This document shows, in pieces, positions 9,995 to 19,929 of a stretch of 64,000 bases of DNA. The notes beneath the pieces were generated by a model. The model saw only the letters and a program-made list of their open reading frames with translations. It searched no databases and was not told where the DNA came from. The DNA is from Bacteroidales bacterium (GTDB lineage Bacteria; Bacteroidota; Bacteroidia; Bacteroidales; VadinHA17): positions 40,300-104,299 of the forward strand of contig WOYX01000062.1 in the NCBI GenBank assembly GCA_011620595.1, given 5' to 3'. Positions within the stretch are counted from its first letter, which is position 1. Each line of letters opens with the position of its first letter. Position numbers and translations under genes: made by a program.

Positions 9995-12900
9995 ATGGGC
10001 AAAATTATTAAAAAAATCGTCAGGGTACTTCTTACTGTCGTTGCGGTGCTCATCATCGTTCCTGCCGTCATTATGCTGCTGCTCCAGGCCCCCAGAGTAC
10101 AGACGTTCACCGTCAGGCAGATCACGGGCATCCTCTCCGGAAAGACAGGGGCGGATATTAACATCGGTAAAGTATCTTACTCCTATTTCAGGAAGGTGCT
10201 GCTTGAGGATATCCTCTTTGAAGATCAGAACGGAGATACACTCCTCACTGTCCGTAAGGTTAATCTGAGAATAAGGACCATCAGGCCATCAGAAGGTCGT
10301 TTCAGCTTTGGCAGAACGGACCTTCATGATGCAGATTTCCGGATGATTACCGACACATCAGGTGTTATGAACCTCACACGTTACATTGATGCCATCAGGG
10401 GTGACAGGAAGCCTGACACTGCCAGCAGAGTTGACATACGATTTTCAGATATCTACCTTTACAACGGTGCGTACCTGCTGTCAAACAGGTCAGACAGTTC
10501 GGGCACCATTCCGGGAAGGGTGAACTTCAAGAACCTCAGGGTGTCAGAGATAAATGCAAAGGTCAGGGACCTGAACATTATCAGGGACTCGGTCAGTATG
10601 GTGATCAGGGACCTTACCTTCGCCGAGGCCGGAGGTTTCACAACAGAAAACCTTGACATGAATATAGCCATTGCCGGCAATAAGCTGTCATTCAGGGATA
10701 TAAACCTAAAGACCGCTGCCAGCTCGATCCTGGCTGACAGGATAATACTTACAGCCCGGAATTCGGCATCATGGAAAGACTTTGTCAATGAGGTAAAGTT
10801 TGACATGCTGTTTCAGAGTTCCGATATTGCCACTCAGGATCTGGCCTGGTTTATCGCTCCGCTGAAAGGCATCAGTGAGTCCGTCACTCTTTCAGGAAGG
10901 CTTAACGGCACTGTGGCTGAGCTGAATGGGCGTGATATAGCAATAAAATATTCAACCTCCACCAGTCTGAATTTCGACTTTGATATTTCAGGTCTTCCAT
11001 CGATAAATGAAAGTTATCTCTTTGTTGACTTCACAGACATGCGTACCACTGCGTCTGATGTTGAGAAAGTGATGCTTCCCGGCAGGGATCCCATCAGGCT
11101 TCCCGAGCCGGTTCACGGGCTCGGTCTTATCTCCTATAGCGGCAGTTTCACAGGGTTTACAACTGATTTTGTCTCTTTTGGCAAGCTTACAACAGAGCGA
11201 GGGAGTGTTTCAACAGACCTCTCGCTGAAACCAGACGGCAGGAACAGGTTCAGCTTCAAGGGATTTTTAAGCACAAGTGATTTTGACCTGGGTTATGTCA
11301 CCGGCAACACCGGGCTCTTTGGCGGACTTTGGATGCATGCTGACCTTGACGGATCGATGGAGTCGTTCAGGCATCTTTCCGCCAACATCAGCGGAGTGAT
11401 TGACAGCGTGGAGATCAACTCGTACAACTACAGCAATATCGCTGTGGAGGGCAGTTACGTGGACAGCATATGGGATGGTTCAGTGGCAGTAAGAGATCCG
11501 GCTGTGGTCATGGATCTGATGGGAAGGTTTGATTTGAAAAAGAGCATGCCTGAATTTGATTTCACCATGAATCTTTCGCACGCCGACCTGCACAGGATGA
11601 ACCTGATCAGCAGCGATACCCTTTTCAATGCTTCCGCGCTTCTCACCGCCAGTTTCAGGGGTAACAGAACCGACAACATTGCGGGAGAGATCAGGCTGAT
11701 AAATTCCACGCTGAACAACTCCAACGGAGAGCTGAGCATCTATGATTTCCTGATCAGCGCCCTTCAGGAGGATGGAGTGAATATACTGAAGCTCAGATCC
11801 GATTTTGCAGATGCCGAGGTACGGGGAAGGTACACCTTCGAAGCTATTCCGGCCACGGTTAAGAGGGTGCTTGCTGATCTCTATCCATCACGATTTCCGT
11901 CAGGAGTGAAGGAGGATGTGGTTCCGGGGGCTGACTTCACCCTTTCAGCGACCATCAGGAAGATAGACAAGCTCAACGATTTCATGGGAACAGGATTGAG
12001 CATTGCTGACGGCAGCAGGATAACCGGGAGTTTAAACTCAGACCGTTCAGAGATAAGTATTGCACTGCGTTCCGGGGCGATCACCTATGCAGGAACCACA
12101 CTGAGCAGTATGAATCTCTCCGGTTCTGCCGGGGGCGGGAAATTGTCAGTCACCCTGAAGGCGGACACCGTACTTCTTCCTGACAGATCGGTATTGGGCA
12201 ACTTCGTTGCAGAAGCCGGCAGTCATACTGACACGCTGAATCTGGGCATGCGATGGGATAACGGGGACGGAGGCAGAACTTTCGGGGAGGTGAGTGCCAG
12301 GGGATTCTTCAGCCTCAACACCATGAACAGGGCTTTCCTTACGGTAAGCCTCCTTCCTACGGCGTTCACCATTGACCGCATACCGTGGAGTGTGAGTCCG
12401 GCACGCATAGTCATAGACTCAACCACCGCCTGGTTTGACAATATACTTGTCAACAGCAGCAACAAATACATAAGACTTGACGGAAAAATCTCCCCGGAGC
12501 CCGAGGAGAGGCTTACGCTCACCTTTGAAGGACTGAACCTCTCATATGTCAATAAGCTGGGCAGCAGGGACAGGCGCGGAAACAAGGAAAAGAAACCTGC
12601 CTCACCTCAGATGAATATCGGGGGTGTTATGGGAGGCTACATCACCCTCTCTGATATATATGAAGACTTCCTGTTTGAGAGTAATTTCAGTGTCAGTGAC
12701 TTTATGCTCAACGAAAACAGATACGGTCTGCTCTCAGTGATGAGTGAGTGGAATCCCCGGGATAAGGTGGCTGAGATACATGTCTTCAACGATTATGAGG
12801 GATCAAGATATTTTGACATCAGCGGCACCTACTCACCGTCGTCAAAAGGGGCAGACCTCACTGTCGCAACAAACAGCATGCCCCTTGATGTCATCAATCC

Positions 12901-14527
12901 CCTGGTAGCTGCCTTTGCCTCTGATGTAAGAGGTTCAGCCACCGGAGTCATCAGGCTGCAGGGAGGATTGAAGAAGATGATGCTGAGCGGTGCGGTGATG
13001 GCCCGGGATGCATCCATGAAGATCGACTTTCTTCAGACGAGATACAGTTTCTCCGACAGCATCAGGTTCAATCCCGAAGGTATCCTGTTCAGCAACATCA
13101 GGATTTTTGACGAGAGGAAGAATCAGGGAACGATAAACGGAATGCTCTCACACCGCTCATTCAAAGACATTGGCATTGCTCTCGACATCAATATGGAGAG
13201 GATGATGGTTCTGAACACCCGCTCCAAGGACAACGAAAGCTTTTACGGCACTGCCTTTGCCAGCGGTTACGCAGGCATAAGGAGCAATGAGGAGAGGCTC
13301 TCCTTCAATATTTCAGCACGTACTGCCGGTGGCACGGAGTTTTTTATCCCGTTGAATTCCTCATCGAGCGTCAGTGACTATCCATATATTGTCTTCACAG
13401 ATCCTGCCAGCAATAAAATGGCAGCAGATGAGGAGAGGACCATCTTCACCAGGCAGGTCAAAGGAAGCAATCTTGATCTCAATTTTGACCTTGCAGTGAC
13501 CCCCGAGGCCAGGGTGCATCTCATTATGGATGCCACTTCCGGCAGTGTTATAAGGGGTACCGGGTCAGGAAATCTGAATATTAACCTTAATTCAAAGGGT
13601 GAGCTGAGGATGGCCGGAGATTATGTTATCAGTGACGGGGATTACCTGTTCACCCTGGGTAATATACTCAACAAGCGCTTTGTGGTTGAGGAGGGTGGCA
13701 AGATATCCTGGAACGGTGAGATTGATGATGCCGAGCTGGATCTGAAAGCCATATACCGTACCAAGGCCTCGCTGGCACCCCTCTCGTTTGCGTATACAGA
13801 TATGGATAAGCTGAAGGAGAGGCTGCCCGTGGAGTGTCATCTTCTGCTCTCCGACAAGCTGCTTAATCCGGCTATAAAATTCGACATATATCTGCCCACT
13901 GCCGACGAGGAGACGAGGGATTACCTGAGGATGGCCATAGACACTGAGGAAGAGCTCAGCAGGCAGTTCCTCTATCTTCTGGTAATGAACAGTTTCTATA
14001 CCGATCCGGCCCTCTACAGTGCCACCGGCGGCAGCACACAGGTTCCATCCAGCCAGACGACAGGGACTCAGGATGCCACTATCCTGGGTATGACAACCAC
14101 TACCGAGATGCTTTCAAACCAGCTAAGCAACTGGCTGTCGCAGATAAGCAACGACTTTGACATAGGCTTCAATTACAGACCCGGGGATGAGCTCACCGAT
14201 GATGAGATAGAAGTTGCACTTTCCACGCAGCTGCTGAATGACAGGATCACACTGAACGGCAACCTGGATGTAGGAGGGGCACAAACCAAAGAATCGACCA
14301 GCAGGTTCAGCGGAGAATTTACCATTGAGTTCAGGCTTACCGAGATGCTCAGGCTGAAGGTGTTCAACCGTTCGAACAACATTCTTTTCTACCCGGTACA
14401 TCCATATACACAGGGTGCGGGTGTCTTTTACAGGCGTGATTTTGACAGGCTGAATGATCTCTTTATAAATCCCGGTGAGCGGAGGAAAAAGAATATCGTA
14501 CAGGAGGAGGAGACCGGAGGCAAATAA
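9995..14527 (+). CDS. tamB: Translocation/assembly module TamB-like protein (DUF490 C-terminus)
   Basis: 1510 aa, N-terminal anchor, beta-rich repeats, C-terminal LSNQLSNWLSQIS...TQGAGVFYRRDFD; divergent from tsaD as is common in Bacteroidota. Confidence 0.85.
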   Translation: MGKIIKKIVRVLLTVVAVLIIVPAVIMLLLQAPRVQTFTVRQITGILSGKTGADINIGKVSYSYFRKVLLEDILFEDQNGDTLLTVRKVNLRIRTIRPSEGRFSFGRTDLHDADFRMITDTSGVMNLTRYIDAIRGDRKPDTASRVDIRFSDIYLYNGAYLLSNRSDSSGTIPGRVNFKNLRVSEINAKVRDLNIIRDSVSMVIRDLTFAEAGGFTTENLDMNIAIAGNKLSFRDINLKTAASSILADRIILTARNSASWKDFVNEVKFDMLFQSSDIATQDLAWFIAPLKGISESVTLSGRLNGTVAELNGRDIAIKYSTSTSLNFDFDISGLPSINESYLFVDFTDMRTTASDVEKVMLPGRDPIRLPEPVHGLGLISYSGSFTGFTTDFVSFGKLTTERGSVSTDLSLKPDGRNRFSFKGFLSTSDFDLGYVTGNTGLFGGLWMHADLDGSMESFRHLSANISGVIDSVEINSYNYSNIAVEGSYVDSIWDGSVAVRDPAVVMDLMGRFDLKKSMPEFDFTMNLSHADLHRMNLISSDTLFNASALLTASFRGNRTDNIAGEIRLINSTLNNSNGELSIYDFLISALQEDGVNILKLRSDFADAEVRGRYTFEAIPATVKRVLADLYPSRFPSGVKEDVVPGADFTLSATIRKIDKLNDFMGTGLSIADGSRITGSLNSDRSEISIALRSGAITYAGTTLSSMNLSGSAGGGKLSVTLKADTVLLPDRSVLGNFVAEAGSHTDTLNLGMRWDNGDGGRTFGEVSARGFFSLNTMNRAFLTVSLLPTAFTIDRIPWSVSPARIVIDSTTAWFDNILVNSSNKYIRLDGKISPEPEERLTLTFEGLNLSYVNKLGSRDRRGNKEKKPASPQMNIGGVMGGYITLSDIYEDFLFESNFSVSDFMLNENRYGLLSVMSEWNPRDKVAEIHVFNDYEGSRYFDISGTYSPSSKGADLTVATNSMPLDVINPLVAAFASDVRGSATGVIRLQGGLKKMMLSGAVMARDASMKIDFLQTRYSFSDSIRFNPEGILFSNIRIFDERKNQGTINGMLSHRSFKDIGIALDINMERMMVLNTRSKDNESFYGTAFASGYAGIRSNEERLSFNISARTAGGTEFFIPLNSSSSVSDYPYIVFTDPASNKMAADEERTIFTRQVKGSNLDLNFDLAVTPEARVHLIMDATSGSVIRGTGSGNLNINLNSKGELRMAGDYVISDGDYLFTLGNILNKRFVVEEGGKISWNGEIDDAELDLKAIYRTKASLAPLSFAYTDMDKLKERLPVECHLLLSDKLLNPAIKFDIYLPTADEETRDYLRMAIDTEEELSRQFLYLLVMNSFYTDPALYSATGGSTQVPSSQTTGTQDATILGMTTTTEMLSNQLSNWLSQISNDFDIGFNYRPGDELTDDEIEVALSTQLLNDRITLNGNLDVGGAQTKESTSRFSGEFTIEFRLTEMLRLKVFNRSNNILFYPVHPYTQGAGVFYRRDFDRLNDLFINPGERRKKNIVQEEETGGK

Positions 14528-14653
14528 CTTTTCAACAACAGCCCCTTTTTTCCACCGAAGGGATAATTCGCACCTGTTTTGGACGTTTTTTTAATATATT
14601 CGCGCGATGATATAAAAAAGTAAGTCAAACAGTTAACATTTAAAAAAAACACA

Positions 14654-15334
14654 ATGATATTAGCAAACATTTTACTACAGGGTACAGCAGCCACGCCGGC
14701 CGCCGAAGAGGCATCAATGTCACTGGCTGATCTTTACGTGGCTGGTGGCTGGGTGATTGTCATCATCACCCTGCTCTCATTTATTGCTCTTTATATATTC
14801 ATTGAAAGAGTTCTTGTCATACGGAAGGCCTCAAAGGTAGATGCCAACTTCATGAACCGCATCAAGGACTACATGTATGAAGGCAAGGTTGATGCCGCAC
14901 TGCAGCTATGCAGAAAGACTGACTCCCCGCAGGCCAGGATGGTAGAGAAGGGCATCACCCGTCTCGGCAGGCCCCTTGCCGACGTCACTGCAGCCATTGA
15001 GAATGTCGGAAGGCTGGAGATACACAAGCTGGAGAAGAGGTTCCCCACTCTGGCGACAATTGCCGGAGCAGCACCTCTTGTCGGCTTTTTCGGAACTGTA
15101 ATAGGTATGATCAAGGCCTTCTATGCGATGTCGCTGGCAGGTAACAGTCTTGACATCAGCACTCTCAGCGGCGGCATCTATGTGGCCCTGATAACCACGG
15201 TAGGAGGTCTCATACTTGGGATCCTGGCCTACTTCGGGTACAATCTCCTGGTAGTCAGGGTTGAGAACGTGGTTTTCCAGCTTGAGACCACCTCCACGGA
15301 GTTCCTGGATATTCTTAATGAACCTGTAAAGTAG
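14654..15334 (+). CDS. exbB: MotA/TolQ/ExbB proton channel protein
   Basis: LATIAGAAPLVGFFGTVIGM, GIYVALITTVGGL. Confidence 0.9.
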   Translation: MILANILLQGTAATPAAEEASMSLADLYVAGGWVIVIITLLSFIALYIFIERVLVIRKASKVDANFMNRIKDYMYEGKVDAALQLCRKTDSPQARMVEKGITRLGRPLADVTAAIENVGRLEIHKLEKRFPTLATIAGAAPLVGFFGTVIGMIKAFYAMSLAGNSLDISTLSGGIYVALITTVGGLILGILAYFGYNLLVVRVENVVFQLETTSTEFLDILNEPVK

Positions 15335-15340
15335 CATCGG

Positions 15341-15733
15341 ATGGCAATATCAACCAAAAATAAGGTCAGCGTAAACTTCAGTAATGCAGGCATGTCTGAT
15401 ATAGTGTTCCTGCTGTTGCTGTTCTTCATGCTGACATCAACACTGGTTCAGCCAACAGCGATAAAGCTGCTGCTGCCGAAGGGTACCACACAGACCTCTG
15501 CGCGTCCCATGACCACTGTCTCCATTACCAGGGACCTGCAGTATTTCATTGAAGACCAGCCCATACAGCTTGAAAACCTCGAATCGGCCCTGCAGGCCAA
15601 GGTTGGCAGTAACCCGGAAATTTATATCTCTCTCCACACTGACAGGAGTGTTCCTGTTGAGTATGTAGTGAACGTGATGAACATTGCGGCGAAAAACCAA
15701 TACAAGCTTATACTTGCCACAACACCCAAATAG
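15341..15733 (+). CDS. exbD: ExbD/TolR biopolymer transport protein
   Basis: MSDIVFLLLLFFML TM helix with conserved Asp; periplasmic domain ending LILATTPK. Confidence 0.9.
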   Translation: MAISTKNKVSVNFSNAGMSDIVFLLLLFFMLTSTLVQPTAIKLLLPKGTTQTSARPMTTVSITRDLQYFIEDQPIQLENLESALQAKVGSNPEIYISLHTDRSVPVEYVVNVMNIAAKNQYKLILATTPK

Positions 15734-16595
15734 CAACCGCGAGCCTCTTACCCGTGAGAGGAAGCAGGGTATGGTCATCAGTACGCTGGTGCACCTGGTG
15801 CTTGCTCTCCTTATCATATTTGTCACCTTCAGGGTAAAGCTGCCCGACACCTCTGAAGAGGGGCTGCTTGTTAATTTCGGGTTTGACGAGACCGGTGAGG
15901 GTCTTTATGAACCCGCCCCACAGCCTGTCTCCCCTCCTGCACCGCCGCCGTCGGCTTCTGATGAGGATTCTGATGATGCAATACTGACACAGGACTTTGA
16001 GGAGGCGCCGGAGGTTATGAAGAAGGAGCCTGATCCTGAAGAGATCAGGAGACAGGCTGAAGCGCGTGCTGCACAGATCAGGAGAGAACAGGAGCTCGAG
16101 GCTGAACGGATAAGGCTGGAGCAGGAGAGAATTGAGAGGCAGAAGAAGCTGGAGGAGCAGAGGCGTATTGATGAGGCAAACGCCCGTGCCAGGAACGCTT
16201 TCGGCAATGCTGCCAATACAGGCACTGCAGGTCAGAGTGAGGGTGTTGCCGGGGGCACCGGTAACCAGGGAGTGGAAACGGGCACCGTTGGCGCAGAAAG
16301 ATACGGACCCGGGGGCGGAACTGGCAACATCTCGTTTAGCCTCGGCGACAGAGGTGCTACGGCTCTGCCGTATCCCCCGTATGATTACCAGGGTGAAGGA
16401 AAGGTAGTTGTTGAAGTGACCGTGGATCAGTCAGGCAGAGTCACAAACGCCAGGTCAGGGGTCGTAGGATCGACTACACAAGATGAATATCTTTTAAGGG
16501 TAGCCCGTGAGGCGGCACTCAAGGCACGCTTTGACAGCAGACCCAATACGCCCATCCAGAAGGGAACCATCACCTACAATTTCAAACTCAAATAG
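15714..16595 (+). CDS. tonB: TonB/TolA-family energy transducer (start uncertain: TTG 15714 or ATG 15771)
   Basis: S...H TM motif (STLVHLVL), Pro-rich and charged helical linker, TonB C-domain GKVVVEVTVDQSG..AREAALKARF..GTITYNF. Confidence 0.8.
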   Translation: MPQHPNSNREPLTRERKQGMVISTLVHLVLALLIIFVTFRVKLPDTSEEGLLVNFGFDETGEGLYEPAPQPVSPPAPPPSASDEDSDDAILTQDFEEAPEVMKKEPDPEEIRRQAEARAAQIRREQELEAERIRLEQERIERQKKLEEQRRIDEANARARNAFGNAANTGTAGQSEGVAGGTGNQGVETGTVGAERYGPGGGTGNISFSLGDRGATALPYPPYDYQGEGKVVVEVTVDQSGRVTNARSGVVGSTTQDEYLLRVAREAALKARFDSRPNTPIQKGTITYNFKLK

Positions 16596-16662
16596 CGATT
16601 GTTGCTTGCGAAGGAGGTGGGTTGCCGTTTCAGTACAACAGAGTTTTCTGATCAGAGTCTCT

Positions 16663-16767
16663 TCAGATGAGGCCCACAATCAGATCCGGCACGCGGGTCA
16701 AAAGAGGCCCACAATCAGATCCGGCACGCGGATCAAAAGAGGCCCACAATCAGGTCCAGCACCCCTG
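16663..16767. repeat. Three tandem 35-bp copies of the 3' end of the TSUP gene
   Basis: Units at 16663, 16698 and 16733 of about TCAAAAGAGGCCCACAATCAGATCCGGCACGCGG; the third is the real gene end. Confidence 0.9.
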
Positions 16768-17506
16768 TCAGCTTCAGGGCTGAGGCCATGACAGAAATCA
16801 GCAGTACAATGCGTACAACCCGGGGGCCCCAGCTCACGGCCACCTTTGAGGCGAGCCATCCGCCCGTACCCTGTCCCACGGCCAGGACTATTCCGTACAT
16901 ATACTTCACCTGATCGCTGATGATGAAGACAAAGAGGGCAATTCCCGTGAGAAGAGTGACTATCAGCACCTTGTGAGCATTGGCCTTTGTCAGCCCCTCT
17001 CCTGCCCCGAGCACCAGTGCCGCAAGCAGGAAGATTCCCACCCCGGCCTGAATGAACCCGCCGTAGACACCGATGAAGAAGAGCAGCAGGATGACCCACC
17101 AGCGTCTTTTGGTGCTGATTGCCACGGCATGCTCCCTGAGCCACTTCTCCGGCTTGTATAGTATAACGAAGAACATGAAGATCAGCAACCCTGCAATCAG
17201 CAGCTCCATGATCCGCTCGTTGATCCTTACCGCCAGCAGTGAGCCGACCAGTGATCCGGCCACGGCAGGAGCAGCCATCCATACCGTATCACGGAATCTG
17301 AATATCTTTTGCTGCCTGAAGCTCAGGCTGCTCACCGCGCTCTGCACCAGCACGCCGATACGGTTGGTGCCGTTGGCGATGTTGGCCGGGAGTCCCAGAA
17401 ACATCAGCAGGGGCAGTGTTATCAGTGATCCGCTGCCGGCAAGAGTATTGACAAAACCGGCAAAGAGGCCGGCCACAATGACAGCCAGATACATGTACCA
17501 TTCCAT
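16733..17506 (-). CDS. Sulfite exporter TauE/SafE (TSUP) family membrane protein
   Basis: AGFVNTLAGSGSLITLP, ANGTNR, GVYGGFIQAGVG, ANAHK. Confidence 0.9.
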   Translation of the reverse strand: MEWYMYLAVIVAGLFAGFVNTLAGSGSLITLPLLMFLGLPANIANGTNRIGVLVQSAVSSLSFRQQKIFRFRDTVWMAAPAVAGSLVGSLLAVRINERIMELLIAGLLIFMFFVILYKPEKWLREHAVAISTKRRWWVILLLFFIGVYGGFIQAGVGIFLLAALVLGAGEGLTKANAHKVLIVTLLTGIALFVFIISDQVKYMYGIVLAVGQGTGGWLASKVAVSWGPRVVRIVLLISVMASALKLTGVLDLIVGLF

Positions 17507-17520
17507 AGGAGAGGGATGTT

Positions 17521-17910
17521 TTATCTCTCGAGGATATCCCTGACAGCGGCCTGGAGGTTATCTATCAGATCAGTATCCTTTATTACGTAGTCAGCTATGC
17601 CCCGGCGTGCAAACTCCAGCACCACGGCCCCCTTCTCCTGCGCGGAGAGCATTATCACAGGCACTTCGGGTGCCAGCCTTGTGATCTCTTCATAAACGGC
17701 CATGCCATCCATGGGCTCATCACCCTCCTTCAGGAAATAATAATCAAGTATGATCAGGTCAGGCTTTTCATCAAGAGCAGGAATACACTCTTCACCATAG
17801 GCAAAGGCCCTTACCCTGTAACCCGCACTTTCGAAGCGCGTTGCGACAAGAGTGGTGATCAGCGGATCATCATCGACCACAAATATTAACTTTTCTTCCA
17901 CGGCGACCAC
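17521..17910 (-). CDS. Stand-alone response-regulator receiver domain
   Basis: IFVVDDD, PDLIILD, VIMLSA, DYVIK; GTG start. Confidence 0.85.
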   Translation of the reverse strand: MVAVEEKLIFVVDDDPLITTLVATRFESAGYRVRAFAYGEECIPALDEKPDLIILDYYFLKEGDEPMDGMAVYEEITRLAPEVPVIMLSAQEKGAVVLEFARRGIADYVIKDTDLIDNLQAAVRDILER

Positions 17911-17950
17911 CTTTATGGCAGGTAAAAATACAAAAGGAATTTCAAATTTC

Positions 17951-19231
17951 CTACATGGAGAAAAGAGGGTAGTCCTTCATCATCTTAACCACCCTTTCAC
18001 CCACTGAGGCAATGACCGATTCGTTTTCAATGCCGGTTATCACCTCGTCGATCAGTGACACTATCGTGGCCATATCGCTCTCTTTCAGTCCGCGCGTTGT
18101 GACTGCAGGTGTGCCAACCCTGATACCCGATGTCAGGAAGGGAGAGCGGGAGTCAAAGGGCACCATGTTCTTGTTAACCGTTATGTGAGCCTTCACCAGC
18201 GTATTTTCAACCTTTTTCCCTGATATTTCCGGGAAGCGTGTTCTGAGATCTATGAGCATGGAGTGGTTGTCAGTGCCGTCTGAGATGACCTTGTATCCCA
18301 GCCCCATGAATGCCTCAGCCATTACTGACGCGTTCTTCTTCACCTGCTGCTGATAGAGGCGGAATTCAGGTGTCAGTGCCTCGCCGAATGAGACTGCCTT
18401 GGAGGCGATAACATGTTCCAGGGGGCCTCCCTGTATGCCCGGGAAGACTGCCGAGTTGAGCATGGCCGACATCATCTTCACCTCACCCTTCGGGGTGGTT
18501 ACGCCCCACGGGTTGGGAAAGTCCTCGCCCATCAGGATTATGCCGCCGCGCGGACCCCTGAGAGTCTTGTGGGTGGTGGATGTAACTATATGTGCGTATT
18601 TTAGCGGGTTGTCAAGCAGGCCGGCGGCTATCAGACCTGCCGGGTGTGCCATATCTATCATCAGCATGGCACCGGTTTTATCTGCTATCTCACGCATCCT
18701 GGCATAATCCCATTCGCGTGAATAGGCCGAAGCGCCGCCCACTATCAGCTTTGGTTTCTCCCTGAGGGCAACCTCCTCCATCATGTCATAGTCAACCCTG
18801 CCTGTCTCCTCCCTGACGCCGTAAGCCACCGGGCGGTAGAGAATACCCGAGGAGTTGACGGGGGAACCGTGTGAGAGGTGACCGCCGTGAGAGAGGTCAA
18901 GCCCCAGGAAAGTATCTCCCGGCTTCAGCACCGTGAGGAATACAGCCATGTTGGCCTGCGCCCCCGAGTGCGGCTGGACGTTGGCATACGCAGCACTGAA
19001 CAGCTGCTTGAGCCGGTCAATAGCCAGCTGCTCTGTCTGGTCAACAATCTCACATCCGCCGTAATACCTTGCTCCGGGGTACCCCTCGGCATACTTGTTG
19101 GTAAGTACGGAACCCATGGCTTCCAACACCTGAGGACTGACAAAGTTCTCGGATGCAATCAGCTCAAGTCCGTCTGTCTGACGTTTGCGTTCACGATCTA
19201 TCAGATCGAATATGACAGTGTCTCTTTCCAT
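17951..19231 (-). CDS. glyA: Serine hydroxymethyltransferase
   Basis: [40 protein letters not shown] (PLP Lys); ATG at 19231. Confidence 0.97.
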   Translation of the reverse strand: MERDTVIFDLIDRERKRQTDGLELIASENFVSPQVLEAMGSVLTNKYAEGYPGARYYGGCEIVDQTEQLAIDRLKQLFSAAYANVQPHSGAQANMAVFLTVLKPGDTFLGLDLSHGGHLSHGSPVNSSGILYRPVAYGVREETGRVDYDMMEEVALREKPKLIVGGASAYSREWDYARMREIADKTGAMLMIDMAHPAGLIAAGLLDNPLKYAHIVTSTTHKTLRGPRGGIILMGEDFPNPWGVTTPKGEVKMMSAMLNSAVFPGIQGGPLEHVIASKAVSFGEALTPEFRLYQQQVKKNASVMAEAFMGLGYKVISDGTDNHSMLIDLRTRFPEISGKKVENTLVKAHITVNKNMVPFDSRSPFLTSGIRVGTPAVTTRGLKESDMATIVSLIDEVITGIENESVIASVGERVVKMMKDYPLFSM

Positions 19232-19297
19232 AAATATCTGTTCTTTGATTACTTCATTATCAGGACCGTGAATCACTGATCACGGAGAGGTAAGAGG

Positions 19298-19305
19298 CAA
19301 ATATA
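19298..19305 (-). promoter_or_regulatory. Bacteroidota sigmaA -7 element for glyA
   Basis: TATATTTG on the minus strand matches TAnnTTTG, about 67 bp upstream of the start. Confidence 0.55.
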
Positions 19306-19355
19306 CATTTAAATATTAATTTTATTCATGAGACTGTTTTTACTATTTTAGCTTC

Positions 19356-19929
19356 ATGAGAAAGAGTGCAATTATAATTCTGGCTTCGCTGATCTCAGCC
19401 TCGTGCAGTAACGGGGAGACCCCGGCAGCAGAGGGCAGCGCTGCTGTTCTCGGGGAGATACCGGTACCTGCCATCGGGTTTTTCCCGGAGCATTATCTCT
19501 GTCACAGAGCAGGAGTAATTACAATTGACGGTGAGATCACTGACGGGGAGTGGTCATAGGCACCCTGGAGCAACCTGTTCACGGATATTGAAGGCGACCT
19601 GAAACCCTCGCCGCTGCATGACACCCGACTGAAGATGCTGTGTGGGATGACAGCCACCTCTACATAGCAGCTGAGATGAATGAACCGCATACATGGGCAA
19701 CGCTGAAACAGCGTGATACTATATATTTCATGACAACGACTTCGAGGTGTTCATTGATCCCGACGGCGATACACACGGCTTTTACGAGTTTGAGATGAAC
19801 GCCTTCAACACTGTATGGGACCTGCTGCTCGCCATGTCCTACCGTGACAAAGGGCGGGCGATAGATGCATGGGACATTGCCGGGCAGAAGTCTGCCGTGA
19901 AGATTTACGGCACGCTCAATGACCCGTCA
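19356..19929 (+). pseudogene. CBM9-like (carbohydrate-binding family 9) lipoprotein, disrupted and truncated
   Basis: Lipobox ISASC; ITIDG..EW, TAG at 19557, then [37 protein letters not shown] and [33 protein letters not shown] across two frameshifts (about 19640 and 19722). Confidence 0.8.

Noticed and set aside
9943-10164. N-terminal extension of tsaD overlapping tamB; likewise the long track starts for the ClC gene (21849), citF (40016) and the lipoprotein (54973)
   Set aside because: Family motifs and promoter positions point to downstream starts; the extensions are longest-ORF artefacts
16663-16767. CRISPR array (35-bp repeats)
   Set aside because: Repeats are head-to-tail without spacers, derive from the TSUP gene end, and no cas genes are present
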